Shown here: positions 50,695 to 59,647 of the stretch, one piece after another | Layout of the letters: every line of letters starts with the position of its first letter | Numbering within the stretch: position 1 is the first letter of the stretch | Assembly: GCA_043819555.1 (NCBI GenBank) | Contig: JBDREQ010000001.1 | Location: 11,451 to 75,450 of the forward strand | Length of the DNA: 64,000 nt | From: Candidatus Zixiibacteriota bacterium | Lineage (GTDB): Bacteria > Zixibacteria > MSB-5A5 > GN15 > JAAZOE01 | Direction of reading: 5' to 3' | Made by a program: the position numbers and the translations under genes | Notes under the pieces: model-generated | Database searches by the model: none | Told to the model about the DNA's origin: nothing | The model's input: only the letters and a program-made list of their open reading frames with translations

Positions 50695-53115
50695 TTACTT
50701 TATATAATCACGCCATGTATCGGCCAGTTCCCCAAGTTTTTGATCTGCCAGAAAATTAATGGTTCCTTCCGGATATTCACCATCATCGTTTATCTCACCC
50801 GCGGGAATGCCGGTCAATAATTCAACGCCTTCATCAATATTTTCAATTGCGTAAATATGGAATTTACCCTCCTCGACCGCTTCGATAATTTCATCTTTAA
50901 GCATCAATTCGACCTCATTCTGCCTGGGAATCAAAACTCCCTGCACCCCGGTCAGGCCGTTAATCAGGCAAGTATCAAAATAACCCTCAATCTTTTGATT
51001 AACTCCTCCGATTGGCTGAATTTCTCCCTTTTGATTTACCGAGCCGGTTACGGCCAATGATTGATTAATCGGTTTATTTGACAGGACCGAAAGCAGGGCA
51101 TAAATTTCTGTCGAAGAAGCCGAATCGCCATCAACACCGGAATACGATTGCTCAAAGCAAAGTGAGGCGGTAAAAACCAGGGGACGTTTTTTTCCGAACC
51201 GGTGGCGCATGAACCCGGTTAAAATCAATACGCCTTTATCATGCAGGCGTCCGGATAATGAGGCTTCGCGTTCTATATTGATGATGCCATCCGCCCCCGG
51301 TGAAAGGGCTGCGGTGATTCGGGTTGGCCGCCCGAAAGAATGCTCTCCCAGGTCATAAACCGATAAACCGTTTATTTGGCCGACTTCCCATCCGGACACA
51401 TCAATAAGATACAATGCCCGCTGGTACATCTCATGCACCTTGGTTTCAACCAGATTGACTCTGTTTTTCTGCATGAGGATTGTTTCTTTTATGATTTCCC
51501 GATCAACTTTGGTTTTTCCTTTTTTTCGAGCCGCCCATGAAGACTCGCGGATGACGTCGGCGATATTGGTAAAGCGCGTTGATAAACGATCATGTCGCCC
51601 GGAAAGTATTACGCCGAATTCTAATAGGGCCGCCAATCCCGAACGATCAATATCTATCAATTCATCTTCGCCAATTATTTTTTTAGCAAATTGGGCATAT
51701 TGATTAATCCCCGGTTCGTCATTATTCATAACATTGTCAAACTCGGCCTTGATCTTGAAAACTTTTTTAAAATCCGCGTCGGCTTGAAACAAAGTATCAT
51801 AGACACGGCTTTCGCCGATTAAAATCACCTTGACATCCAAATCAATTTTCTCAGGTTTCATACCGCCCCCACTAATAAACGGCGTATCGAAATTGGAAAT
51901 AACAAGATGACCAGTTCGTAAGGTTCTCTTTAGCATAGGCCACAGATGGGGATCATTAAACAGATCGACGGCATTTAAAACCATATAACCACCGTTGGCT
52001 TGCAGAATAGAACCGCTTTGAATGCGCGTAAAATCGGACCTCCATCCCGAATCCGGAGAATACACTCGCTCAATCGAGCCGAATAGATTTTTAAAGGTAG
52101 GAAATTCTTCTATAATGATCGGGCGTTTGGTGAATCCATTGTTATCGACTAATAAGTTCACGGTAAAAGCATTTAGCAATGAACGGATTTTGGAAGCCCC
52201 ATCCTGCTCCCCCGGTTCCACACCGGTCCCCCGGAACAAGTCAAGTTCACCAATCAGGATTTCGTTCAAATCTGATAGGTATTCGCGTGTTTTATCATCA
52301 TCATATAAATGTTTGAGAGTTTCTATTTTATCATTTACCAGGGGAATTACCAACGACGCATCAAGCTTATTTAATTTCTCTTCCAATTCTGATGATATTT
52401 TCTTGCTTTGACCGGAAGTCAATTCAAACTGCTTCGATAATCTTTCATATTCGGCCTCCAGCTCCTTCAATTTGATTTCAGGAAATTTACCCTCACCGGT
52501 CAATTTTTCAAGTTCATTCAAAGACACCGGCTTATTATCAACCAGGGGGTGCAGATCCGGCCGTGATATCTGTCCAAATTGAAGCTGAACCAGAACAAAA
52601 CCTTTTTCCTTTAGGTTAGTTTCAAAATCTTTGAATAATTCTTTCTGCCGCGATTCAAACTCGGCAATTATTCGCTCGCGCCGTTGTCGATAATTCTCCC
52701 CCGAAAATATTTTGGGAATTATCGTTACCAAAGAATCTATCAGATAAGAAACGGCCTTCTTAAATTTGCGCCCTTCTCCGGCAGCAAAGTATAATACCCG
52801 CGGAGAATCAGACATTTTGAAATTATTCACATAGCAAATATCTTTTAGTTCGACCGTTTCATCTTTCTCGATTTCGTCCAGAAGGAGCTTTACGGCGGTT
52901 GTCCGTCCGGTGCCGGGCAAACCGGTTACGAATATATTGTAGCCTTTTGATTTTATCTCAAGCCCTAACTCAACCGCGGAAATGGCTCGATCCTGACCGA
53001 TGATCCCGCAGCATGGTTCAATTTCATCCAAATGCATTTGTTCGAGTTTTTTCTCTTCAAATCGATAACGAAGTTTCTCCACTGGAATCCGCCATTTATT
53101 ATTTATTTCCGACAT
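50695..53115 (-). CDS. LonC-type Lon-like protease
   Basis: IIGQDRA and degenerate Walker A GLPGTGRTT. S16 protease domain with GQINGL, DGDSAS (Ser) and GGVNQKIEG (Lys). Confidence 0.9.
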   Translation of the reverse strand: MSEINNKWRIPVEKLRYRFEEKKLEQMHLDEIEPCCGIIGQDRAISAVELGLEIKSKGYNIFVTGLPGTGRTTAVKLLLDEIEKDETVELKDICYVNNFKMSDSPRVLYFAAGEGRKFKKAVSYLIDSLVTIIPKIFSGENYRQRRERIIAEFESRQKELFKDFETNLKEKGFVLVQLQFGQISRPDLHPLVDNKPVSLNELEKLTGEGKFPEIKLKELEAEYERLSKQFELTSGQSKKISSELEEKLNKLDASLVIPLVNDKIETLKHLYDDDKTREYLSDLNEILIGELDLFRGTGVEPGEQDGASKIRSLLNAFTVNLLVDNNGFTKRPIIIEEFPTFKNLFGSIERVYSPDSGWRSDFTRIQSGSILQANGGYMVLNAVDLFNDPHLWPMLKRTLRTGHLVISNFDTPFISGGGMKPEKIDLDVKVILIGESRVYDTLFQADADFKKVFKIKAEFDNVMNNDEPGINQYAQFAKKIIGEDELIDIDRSGLAALLEFGVILSGRHDRLSTRFTNIADVIRESSWAARKKGKTKVDREIIKETILMQKNRVNLVETKVHEMYQRALYLIDVSGWEVGQINGLSVYDLGEHSFGRPTRITAALSPGADGIINIEREASLSGRLHDKGVLILTGFMRHRFGKKRPLVFTASLCFEQSYSGVDGDSASSTEIYALLSVLSNKPINQSLAVTGSVNQKGEIQPIGGVNQKIEGYFDTCLINGLTGVQGVLIPRQNEVELMLKDEIIEAVEEGKFHIYAIENIDEGVELLTGIPAGEINDDGEYPEGTINFLADQKLGELADTWRDYIK

Positions 53116-53312
53116 TGAAAATCCTCCTTATTCACACGAAGTATAATTGATTGGACATGCAAACGCAAAATCTGAACGAAATACTCCATAAATTAGTATA
53201 CGTAAATGATGGCAGGTATTCAATTTTTCGTTTGAGAAATTAAAATTATTTTGATGCCCAGCTTAAGCCAAATGGGAAAGGTAAGAATAGAACAGTAAAA
53301 AGCTGGCCCTTA

Positions 53313-54341
53313 TTACTTGCCATGATGAAAAGCATGAACAGTATCGACCAGGATGTGAACATTTTCGACCGGGGTATCCGGCAGTATTCCATGACCAAGA
53401 TTGAAAATAAATCCATCCATATTCACCGTCGCTTCAAGAATACGGGCTGCTTCCCGGCAGACGAATTCACCGGACCCAAATAATACATGCGGATCGAGAT
53501 TACCCTGGAGGGATTTTCCATCAAGGATCGAAGCGGCCCGCGCAATCTCTGTTCTCCAGTCGATACTGATTACTTCGCATTCAAGCTCGGCAATAATTCC
53601 CAAATAAGGCGTGGTATTATTCACATAGAGAATGCGGGGAACGCCTTCAGTTTTACATATTTCAAACACTGTTTTAATGAACGGAAAAGAGTATTTCTTA
53701 TAAACCTCGGGAGGCAACGCCAGTCCCCAGGAATCGAATAGCTGCACCGCATCCGCTCCAGCCTCAATTTGTGCCTTCAAATATCTGCCTGTTATGTCGG
53801 CCAGATGATTTAGTAATGATGCCGCTTCTGCCGGATAATTATATATGAATTTCTTGGTTTCGGTAAAATTCTGAGTTCCTCCACCTTCGATTAAATAGCA
53901 GGCCAATGTAAAAGGCGCTCCGCAAAAACCAATAAGAGGAATCCGACCGTCGAGGCGTTTTTTTATTTCCTTTATCCCCTGCAAAGGATAAATCATTTCG
54001 TCAACGGGATTATAGGTTTTGAGATTTTTGACATCCTGCGGCGAGCGCACAGTTGGCGCCACGCGCGGTCCTCCATTATCAAATGAGACATCAACACCCA
54101 GCGGCTCCAGCGGAATCAAGATATCGGAAAATAAAATAGCGGCATCAAAACCAAAAATATCAATCGGCTGCATGGTTACTTCCGCGATATGCTCGGGAGA
54201 ACGGCATAGATCCATAAATGATATCTTATCACGGACTGCTTGAAATTCCGGCAGATAACGCCCGGCCTGACGCATTATCCAGATCGGCACGCCTTCATGT
54301 GGCTGACCAAATGCGGCTTTGATAAATTTATAATTTGACAA
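53313..54341 (-). CDS. hemE: uroporphyrinogen decarboxylase
   Basis: PIWIMRQAGRYLPE, AAILFSDIL, QGNLDP and FNLGHGI motifs. Confidence 0.97.
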   Translation of the reverse strand: MSNYKFIKAAFGQPHEGVPIWIMRQAGRYLPEFQAVRDKISFMDLCRSPEHIAEVTMQPIDIFGFDAAILFSDILIPLEPLGVDVSFDNGGPRVAPTVRSPQDVKNLKTYNPVDEMIYPLQGIKEIKKRLDGRIPLIGFCGAPFTLACYLIEGGGTQNFTETKKFIYNYPAEAASLLNHLADITGRYLKAQIEAGADAVQLFDSWGLALPPEVYKKYSFPFIKTVFEICKTEGVPRILYVNNTTPYLGIIAELECEVISIDWRTEIARAASILDGKSLQGNLDPHVLFGSGEFVCREAARILEATVNMDGFIFNLGHGILPDTPVENVHILVDTVHAFHHGK

Positions 54342-54363
54342 TGAGTTCTCCCCGAAAAATCAA

Positions 54364-55641
54364 TTAGGATTTGATGGCCCGGCTGATTTTTTCAGCCGCT
54401 TCATCAAGCATCTCGACGGTATGCACCAGCGATATAAATAATACTTCATAACCTGAAGGAGGTAAATAAATACCGCTATCAAGAATTTTGCGATGGATTG
54501 AATTATATTTTTCAATTGCGGCGGCATCAATCGCGTCGGCACGACGAGGGATATCGGATTGGAACAATATCCAGATAATCGAACCCTGACGAATAATGGA
54601 GCAAACAACGCCATCAAGATTTTGTTTCAAAACTCTTTCAAAATGAGAGCCAAGGTTCTCAAGCCTGGTAAAACCGTCATGACTCTCGAGAACATTCAGA
54701 GTTTCCAATCCTGCGGCCATTGCCACTGGATTTCCCGACAACGTTCCAGCCTGATAGACCGAACCCATGGGAGCGAGTATATTCATTACCTCACTCCTCC
54801 CCCCGAAAGCTCCAACCGGCATCCCGCCGCCAATAACTTTGCCGAATGTCATCAGGTCGGGAATAATATCATACAACTGCGCGGCACCGCCCCAGCCCAC
54901 GCGAAAACCTGAAATAACTTCATCAAAAATCAGAAGTGATCCATTCTTTTCGGTGATGTCGCGTAAGAATTGCAAAAATTCTCGGCGCTGTAAAAGCAAA
55001 CCATTATTGGCCGGAATCGGCTCAATCACGACGCATGCGATTTCGTTTCCGTATTTATCAAAATATCCTTTTACCGATTCTTCATCATCAAGATCGGCAA
55101 TTAGTGTATGTTTGGCAAAATCAGCTGGGACCCCTCCTGAAGAAGGCTTACCTAGCGTCGCCAAGCCGGATCCGGCTTTCACCAATAAATAGTCGCTATG
55201 ACCGTGATAGCATCCATTGAATTTTATTATCTTGTCCCGGCCGGTAAACCCGCGGGCCAAACGAATTGCAGACATAACCGCTTCGGTCCCAGATGAAACA
55301 AACCTGATACTTTCAATTGGGCTGATTTTCCCGACGATTTTCTCAGCAAATTGGACTTCCAACTTAGTCGCTGCTCCAAAAGTGGTCCCCTTCTCTGCCG
55401 TTTTCTTGATTGCCTCGATAACTTCTGGGTAAGCGTGGCCCAATATAAGTGGCCCCCAGCTACAGCAAAAATCGATGAACCTGTTCCCGTCATAATCAAA
55501 TATATATGCTCCCTCGCCTCGTTCTATAAAAAGGGGATTGCCACCAACCGCCGAAAATGCCCGAACCGGGGAATTTACCCCGCCGGGTGTTACTTTTATG
55601 GCACGATTGAATAGTTCTTCAGATTTGTGATAATCAGACAA
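54364..55641 (-). CDS. hemL: glutamate-1-semialdehyde 2,1-aminomutase
   Basis: PGGVNSPVRAF, SGTEA, GCYHGH, FDEV and GKVIGGG motifs. Confidence 0.97.
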   Translation of the reverse strand: MSDYHKSEELFNRAIKVTPGGVNSPVRAFSAVGGNPLFIERGEGAYIFDYDGNRFIDFCCSWGPLILGHAYPEVIEAIKKTAEKGTTFGAATKLEVQFAEKIVGKISPIESIRFVSSGTEAVMSAIRLARGFTGRDKIIKFNGCYHGHSDYLLVKAGSGLATLGKPSSGGVPADFAKHTLIADLDDEESVKGYFDKYGNEIACVVIEPIPANNGLLLQRREFLQFLRDITEKNGSLLIFDEVISGFRVGWGGAAQLYDIIPDLMTFGKVIGGGMPVGAFGGRSEVMNILAPMGSVYQAGTLSGNPVAMAAGLETLNVLESHDGFTRLENLGSHFERVLKQNLDGVVCSIIRQGSIIWILFQSDIPRRADAIDAAAIEKYNSIHRKILDSGIYLPPSGYEVLFISLVHTVEMLDEAAEKISRAIKS

Positions 55642-56614
55642 ACCATTCTCCTTTTAGGGCATCACGCAAATGATAAGTTAATATTATATCGGCGCCGGCG
55701 CGAGTAATGGCCGTCAAATTTTCCAGGACTAATTGTTTCTCGTCAACTATCTTTTCTCTGGCCATAACCTTTACCATTGTATATTCACCGGAGACATTAT
55801 ATGCCGCGACAGGCAGGTCGCAATTATTTCTAAAATCTGAGATTATATCCAGATATGCCAGGGCCGGTTTGACCATTACAATATCAGCCCCCTCTTCAAC
55901 ATCAAGAGAGAGTTCAACCATCGCTTCGCGGCGATTGCGCCAATCCATTTGATATCCTTTGCGATCGCCCTTGCCTGGCGCTGAATTACAGGCATCACGA
56001 AACGGGCCGTAATAAGACGAAGCGTATTTGGCGGTGTATGCCATTATCAGAGTATTGGCAAATCCATTTTCTTCCAGAGCCTCTCGGATTAGGCCAATCC
56101 GTCCGTCCATCATATCCGACGGCCCAAGGCAATCGCACCCCGCCTTAGCCAGAGTCAGAGCCATCCTCCCCAGAATCGGCAGAGTTTTATCATTATCAAT
56201 TTCACCGTTACTAATTAAACCGCAATGGCCGCTATCGGTGTAAGCGCACAAACAAACATCAGCGGAGACAAACAGCTCATCCCCATATTTGTCTTTTAAT
56301 GATCGAACCGCCATTGCGGCAAGCGAGTCGTCACCGATGGCCGAAGATGCTTTTGCATCTTTATGATCAGGAACGCCAAAGAGCATAATCCGGCGAATAC
56401 CCAGCTTATAGTCTTCATCAATCGATTTTAGAAGCGATTCAAGAGATTCGCGGTAGATGCCGGGCATCGATGCAATCTCATGCTTGATTCCATTTCCATC
56501 GCATACAAAATATGGCTGAATCATTCCATCGGGATTTAATCTTGTCTCGGCGAAAGTATCTCTGATAAGTTGAGTCCGCCTTAATCGGCGTGGCCTATAT
56601 ATAAAATCGCTCAT
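55634..56614 (-). CDS. hemB: porphobilinogen synthase (Zn-type)
   Basis: RPRRLR, DVCLCAYT..GHCG, SDMMDG, MVKPA and AYNVSGEY motifs. Confidence 0.97.
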   Translation of the reverse strand: MSDFIYRPRRLRRTQLIRDTFAETRLNPDGMIQPYFVCDGNGIKHEIASMPGIYRESLESLLKSIDEDYKLGIRRIMLFGVPDHKDAKASSAIGDDSLAAMAVRSLKDKYGDELFVSADVCLCAYTDSGHCGLISNGEIDNDKTLPILGRMALTLAKAGCDCLGPSDMMDGRIGLIREALEENGFANTLIMAYTAKYASSYYGPFRDACNSAPGKGDRKGYQMDWRNRREAMVELSLDVEEGADIVMVKPALAYLDIISDFRNNCDLPVAAYNVSGEYTMVKVMAREKIVDEKQLVLENLTAITRAGADIILTYHLRDALKGEWFV

Positions 56615-56669
56615 ATTATCCTCCTGCCCCGATTATTCTCTATTTCATACGCATTAAAATACGGTCAAT

Positions 56670-57572
56670 TCATGCTTTTAATTGACGATAAGCTTCTTCA
56701 ATCATTTCGGCAATATCATTACCCATGACATCGGCTCGTTTCAAGCCGATCCATTTATGATTTTCTTTCAGCCCATAGACTGCGCACAATCGATAATTAT
56801 CGCCTTCAATTCTTGAAAAGGCGCCCAGGGGAAGCTGGCATCCCCCTTCCATGAGCTTCATCAAACCTCGCTCAAGGTCGATCTGAATGCGAGCCGTTTT
56901 ATCATCCAATTGCGATACGATATCAATAACCGGACTATCATTGGCGCGAGTTTGAAGTCCAAGAATACCCTGAGCCGGAGCAGGCAGGAAAAAGTCTTCA
57001 TCCAAAAGTTCCAAATGTAAATCAGACAGGTTTAATTCCAGCCTCTTGATTCCGGCGTAGGCAATGATTATGGCGTCATACTTCCTTTCGCGCAGTTTAC
57101 CGACCCGGGTCGGGACATTTCCACGCAAATCTTTCATTTGTAAATCAGGCTGAATATTAGAAATTTGACACAGCCGTCGAACCGAAGAACTGCCGATTAT
57201 TCCTCCTGATTTTATCTTCAGTGGATTATCCGGAGAAAACGATTCTTTTCGGATGAGCAACGCTTCACGATTATCTTCGCGAAAACCAACCGCAGTAAGG
57301 GCCAGCCCTTCAGGCATAACCGTCTGCAAATCTTTTAAGGAATGAACTGCCAGGTCAATATCATTATTGAGAAGGGTTTCCTCAAGTTCTTTGGTGAAAA
57401 ACCCTTTGCCCTCCATTTTGCTAAAAGACAAATTGGTGATCTTATCGCCTCGCGTTTTAATAATTTTCAGGATTACGGGAAATTTGGTAATGCTTTCCAG
57501 TTGATTCTTTATAAAATTGGCCTGCCACAGGGCCAGATCCGAACCCCGGGTACCAATCCTGATTTCCTGCAC
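56670..57572 (-). CDS. hemC: hydroxymethylbilane synthase
   Basis: IGTRGS.LA, KGFFTKE, AVHSLKD, LRGNV.TR and GGC.LP motifs. GTG start. Confidence 0.96.
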   Translation of the reverse strand: MQEIRIGTRGSDLALWQANFIKNQLESITKFPVILKIIKTRGDKITNLSFSKMEGKGFFTKELEETLLNNDIDLAVHSLKDLQTVMPEGLALTAVGFREDNREALLIRKESFSPDNPLKIKSGGIIGSSSVRRLCQISNIQPDLQMKDLRGNVPTRVGKLRERKYDAIIIAYAGIKRLELNLSDLHLELLDEDFFLPAPAQGILGLQTRANDSPVIDIVSQLDDKTARIQIDLERGLMKLMEGGCQLPLGAFSRIEGDNYRLCAVYGLKENHKWIGLKRADVMGNDIAEMIEEAYRQLKA

Positions 57573-58895
57573 CTACGCTCCTTTGCGAAATGCCTCAACC
57601 TGAACCAATTGCCCATAACGAATGGACATCAATTCGGCGCCGGTGTCAGAATTATTTCTCGAGGATATTCTATCGGCCATTGTCCGGGCCGGTAGAAAGG
57701 TCGAATAACTTACCAATTTATTAACCAGGTGAGCAATCCGTTTTCGGTCTGATTCTTCAAGGTGGGACAAATTCTTATTAAATAAACTTTCCAGACCCTT
57801 ATCGGCATACTCTTTCGCCTGCTGATACGATACACTGAAAACGGGTTTTAACTCGTTTTCAATCAAACTCTGATGATACCGAACCACCTCGGCAGAAATA
57901 ATGGCACGCGCCTTATCCACATCACGGAATCGCTGTTTCCGATTTTGTTCCGAAATTGTCTTTAAGGCTGGAATATTATAGATTTTTAGCCGATTATCAA
58001 CAGAATTTTCCAGTTCATCATCAACGTCACAAGGAATCGCCAAATCTATAAGAAGTAAATCTTTATCTTGGGCCAAAAGGTTTTCTGTTGAAGATCTGGT
58101 AAAAATCGGATCGGGGCTCGAAGTTGCTGTGCAGATAATTCGTACGTCGGGCGGACTATTCAAAAAGTCATTAAGCGAGATTGCCCGCCCGCCGTACTTT
58201 TCTACAAACGGTTGCGTATTGTTAACCGTGCGGTTAACAAATACCAAGTCGCTGACATCATTTTTTGTTAAAAAATCAGCCAGCTTGTGTGACATTTCAC
58301 CGACGCCTATCAAGGCTACGGGCACTTTGCCCTCTTTTTCAACCACATCTTTAATTAAGGAAGTAACTAATGATACCATTGAGACTGATTTTTTACCCAT
58401 CTCGGTCTCAGTCCGAATTTTCTTGGCAACCCGGAACGCCTGCTGAAATATTCTACCAAGGCCATCCCCTACCAAATCATTCTCCAGCGCGTAGAAATAA
58501 GCGTCTTTCACCTGGCCCAAAATCTGTGCCTCGCCAATTACCAAAGAATTAATTGCGCTGGCAACAGAAAATAAATGACGAACTGATTCAAGACCGAATT
58601 TGCAGTATAAATCATTGGGAGAAATACTCTGGCTATCCTTATTCTGGAAAAAGAAATCAAGTATTTTATTGCGAACCGCATTAACTCCGGTTGAATTAGT
58701 GGCAGTAAAGATAAATTCGACTCTATTACAGGTTGCCAAATAAACCAGCTCGTCGATTCCAGCCAGTTTTTTTAGCTTTTTCAGTTTTTCAACTCTTGTT
58801 TCCGTGTCTATGGTTAACTCTCCCATAAGCTTAACACTATGGGATCCACATCCCTGGTTACAAACACTGACTCCCACAACTCCAATAAACTGCAT
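57573..58895 (-). CDS. hemA: glutamyl-tRNA reductase
   Basis: TCNR.E, S.VIGE.QILGQVK, IG.GEM, NRT and DLAIP.D motifs. ATG 58895 follows GAGGG. Confidence 0.93.
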   Translation of the reverse strand: MQFIGVVGVSVCNQGCGSHSVKLMGELTIDTETRVEKLKKLKKLAGIDELVYLATCNRVEFIFTATNSTGVNAVRNKILDFFFQNKDSQSISPNDLYCKFGLESVRHLFSVASAINSLVIGEAQILGQVKDAYFYALENDLVGDGLGRIFQQAFRVAKKIRTETEMGKKSVSMVSLVTSLIKDVVEKEGKVPVALIGVGEMSHKLADFLTKNDVSDLVFVNRTVNNTQPFVEKYGGRAISLNDFLNSPPDVRIICTATSSPDPIFTRSSTENLLAQDKDLLLIDLAIPCDVDDELENSVDNRLKIYNIPALKTISEQNRKQRFRDVDKARAIISAEVVRYHQSLIENELKPVFSVSYQQAKEYADKGLESLFNKNLSHLEESDRKRIAHLVNKLVSYSTFLPARTMADRISSRNNSDTGAELMSIRYGQLVQVEAFRKGA

Positions 58896-58938
58896 TAAAT
58901 CGCCCTCATTGTATTCAAAACATGGTTCATAGCAGGAA

Positions 58939-58978
58939 TTTATAAAATCAGATCGCAATAATGTCATGATTTTGTCAT
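58939..58978 (-). promoter_or_regulatory. candidate hem operon promoter with duplicated ATGACA hexamer
   Basis: ATGACA-N5-ATGACA-N17-TATAAA on the minus strand. Confidence 0.5.
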
Positions 58979-59184
58979 ATTTTCGGGAATTTTGATATTT
59001 TTGTATTCTTTTTTGGAAAAATCAAAGCCCGCTTTAAAGAATTATCTCAACCTAAGTCATTAGAATAAAGAAGGTTTTCAAACAAGACAGTTTTAATCAA
59101 CTATTTAATTACCCCGCAATAGATTAGTCAGATGAGTTTTCAATTGATTCCAAATTATTGTCACGAGATTTTAAAACAAGATTA

Positions 59185-59212
59185 TTGACTTAGGCCAAAA
59201 TGGCCGTATATT
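59185..59212 (+). promoter_or_regulatory. promoter of leader RNA + tRNA-Glu
   Basis: TTGACT-N16-TATATT. Confidence 0.65.
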
Positions 59213-59217
59213 TGATT

Positions 59218-59297
59218 ACCCTCCAATGTGGTTAATGGTGTGTGAACTCCACAAAGGAAGGATACGCCCGGGCTTTACAGCTCGGGCAAAAATTTAC
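59218..59297 (+). ncRNA. structured tRNA-Glu 5' leader, candidate trans-acting antisense sRNA
   Basis: ACCCTCC (anti-SD), then TGTGGTTAATGGTGTGTGAAC (59227-47) within a TGTGG/CCACA stem-loop, then a GCCCGGGC/GCTCGGGC hairpin. Confidence 0.55.
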
Positions 59298-59372
59298 GGC
59301 GGTATCGTCTAGTGGTTAGGACGGGTGGTTCTCAGCCATCAAACCGGGGTTCAATTCCCCGTACCGCTGCCA
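59298..59372 (+). tRNA. tRNA-Glu (anticodon CTC)
   Basis: Cloverleaf: acceptor GGCGGTA/TACCGCT, D-arm GTCTAGTGGTTAGGAC, anticodon arm GGTGG-TTCTCAG-CCATC, T-arm CGGGG-TTCAATT-CCCCG, encoded G-CCA. Confidence 0.96.
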
Positions 59373-59386
59373 AACTCTGTGGAAGT

Positions 59387-59425
59387 GGGAGCATAAATCC
59401 TTGAAAGGGCTGAAGCTCCCCTTTT
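59387..59425 (+). terminator. probable terminator after tRNA
   Basis: GGGAGC...GCTCCC hairpin followed by CTTTT. Confidence 0.55.
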
Positions 59426-59647
59426 ATATTAATGAGAATTCTATCGCCAAATTCTAATATCCAACATTAAGCCGCTCAGTAGCAGTTTGCATATGCCGAA
59501 TAATATGTCGTTGTTAAATTCCTCATCAATCACGTTTTAGCTTCAATGCACTTGCGGGCCTAATATTCGGCAATTATATTGTAACAACAAAAACTGAAAA
59601 ATCGGTTTTTATTAATAAGCCAAATACTCACAACAAAGGGGGACAAT

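Noticed and set aside
52900..52930. Degenerate Walker A (GTGRTT) suggesting a Lon pseudogene
   Set aside because: The ORF is intact with its Ser-Lys dyad, and a degenerate ATPase site is a known feature of LonC-type proteases.
50431..59247. 21-nt repeat interpreted as CRISPR repeat or att/target-site duplication
   Set aside because: There are only two copies, 8.8 kb apart, with no spacers, cas genes or integrase. The enclosed genes (lon, hem) are housekeeping, and the repeat is not a tRNA 3' end.
59266..59295. GCCCGGGC/GCTCGGGC hairpin as an intrinsic terminator
   Set aside because: No U-tract immediately 3' of the stem on either strand, so it was treated as leader RNA structure instead.
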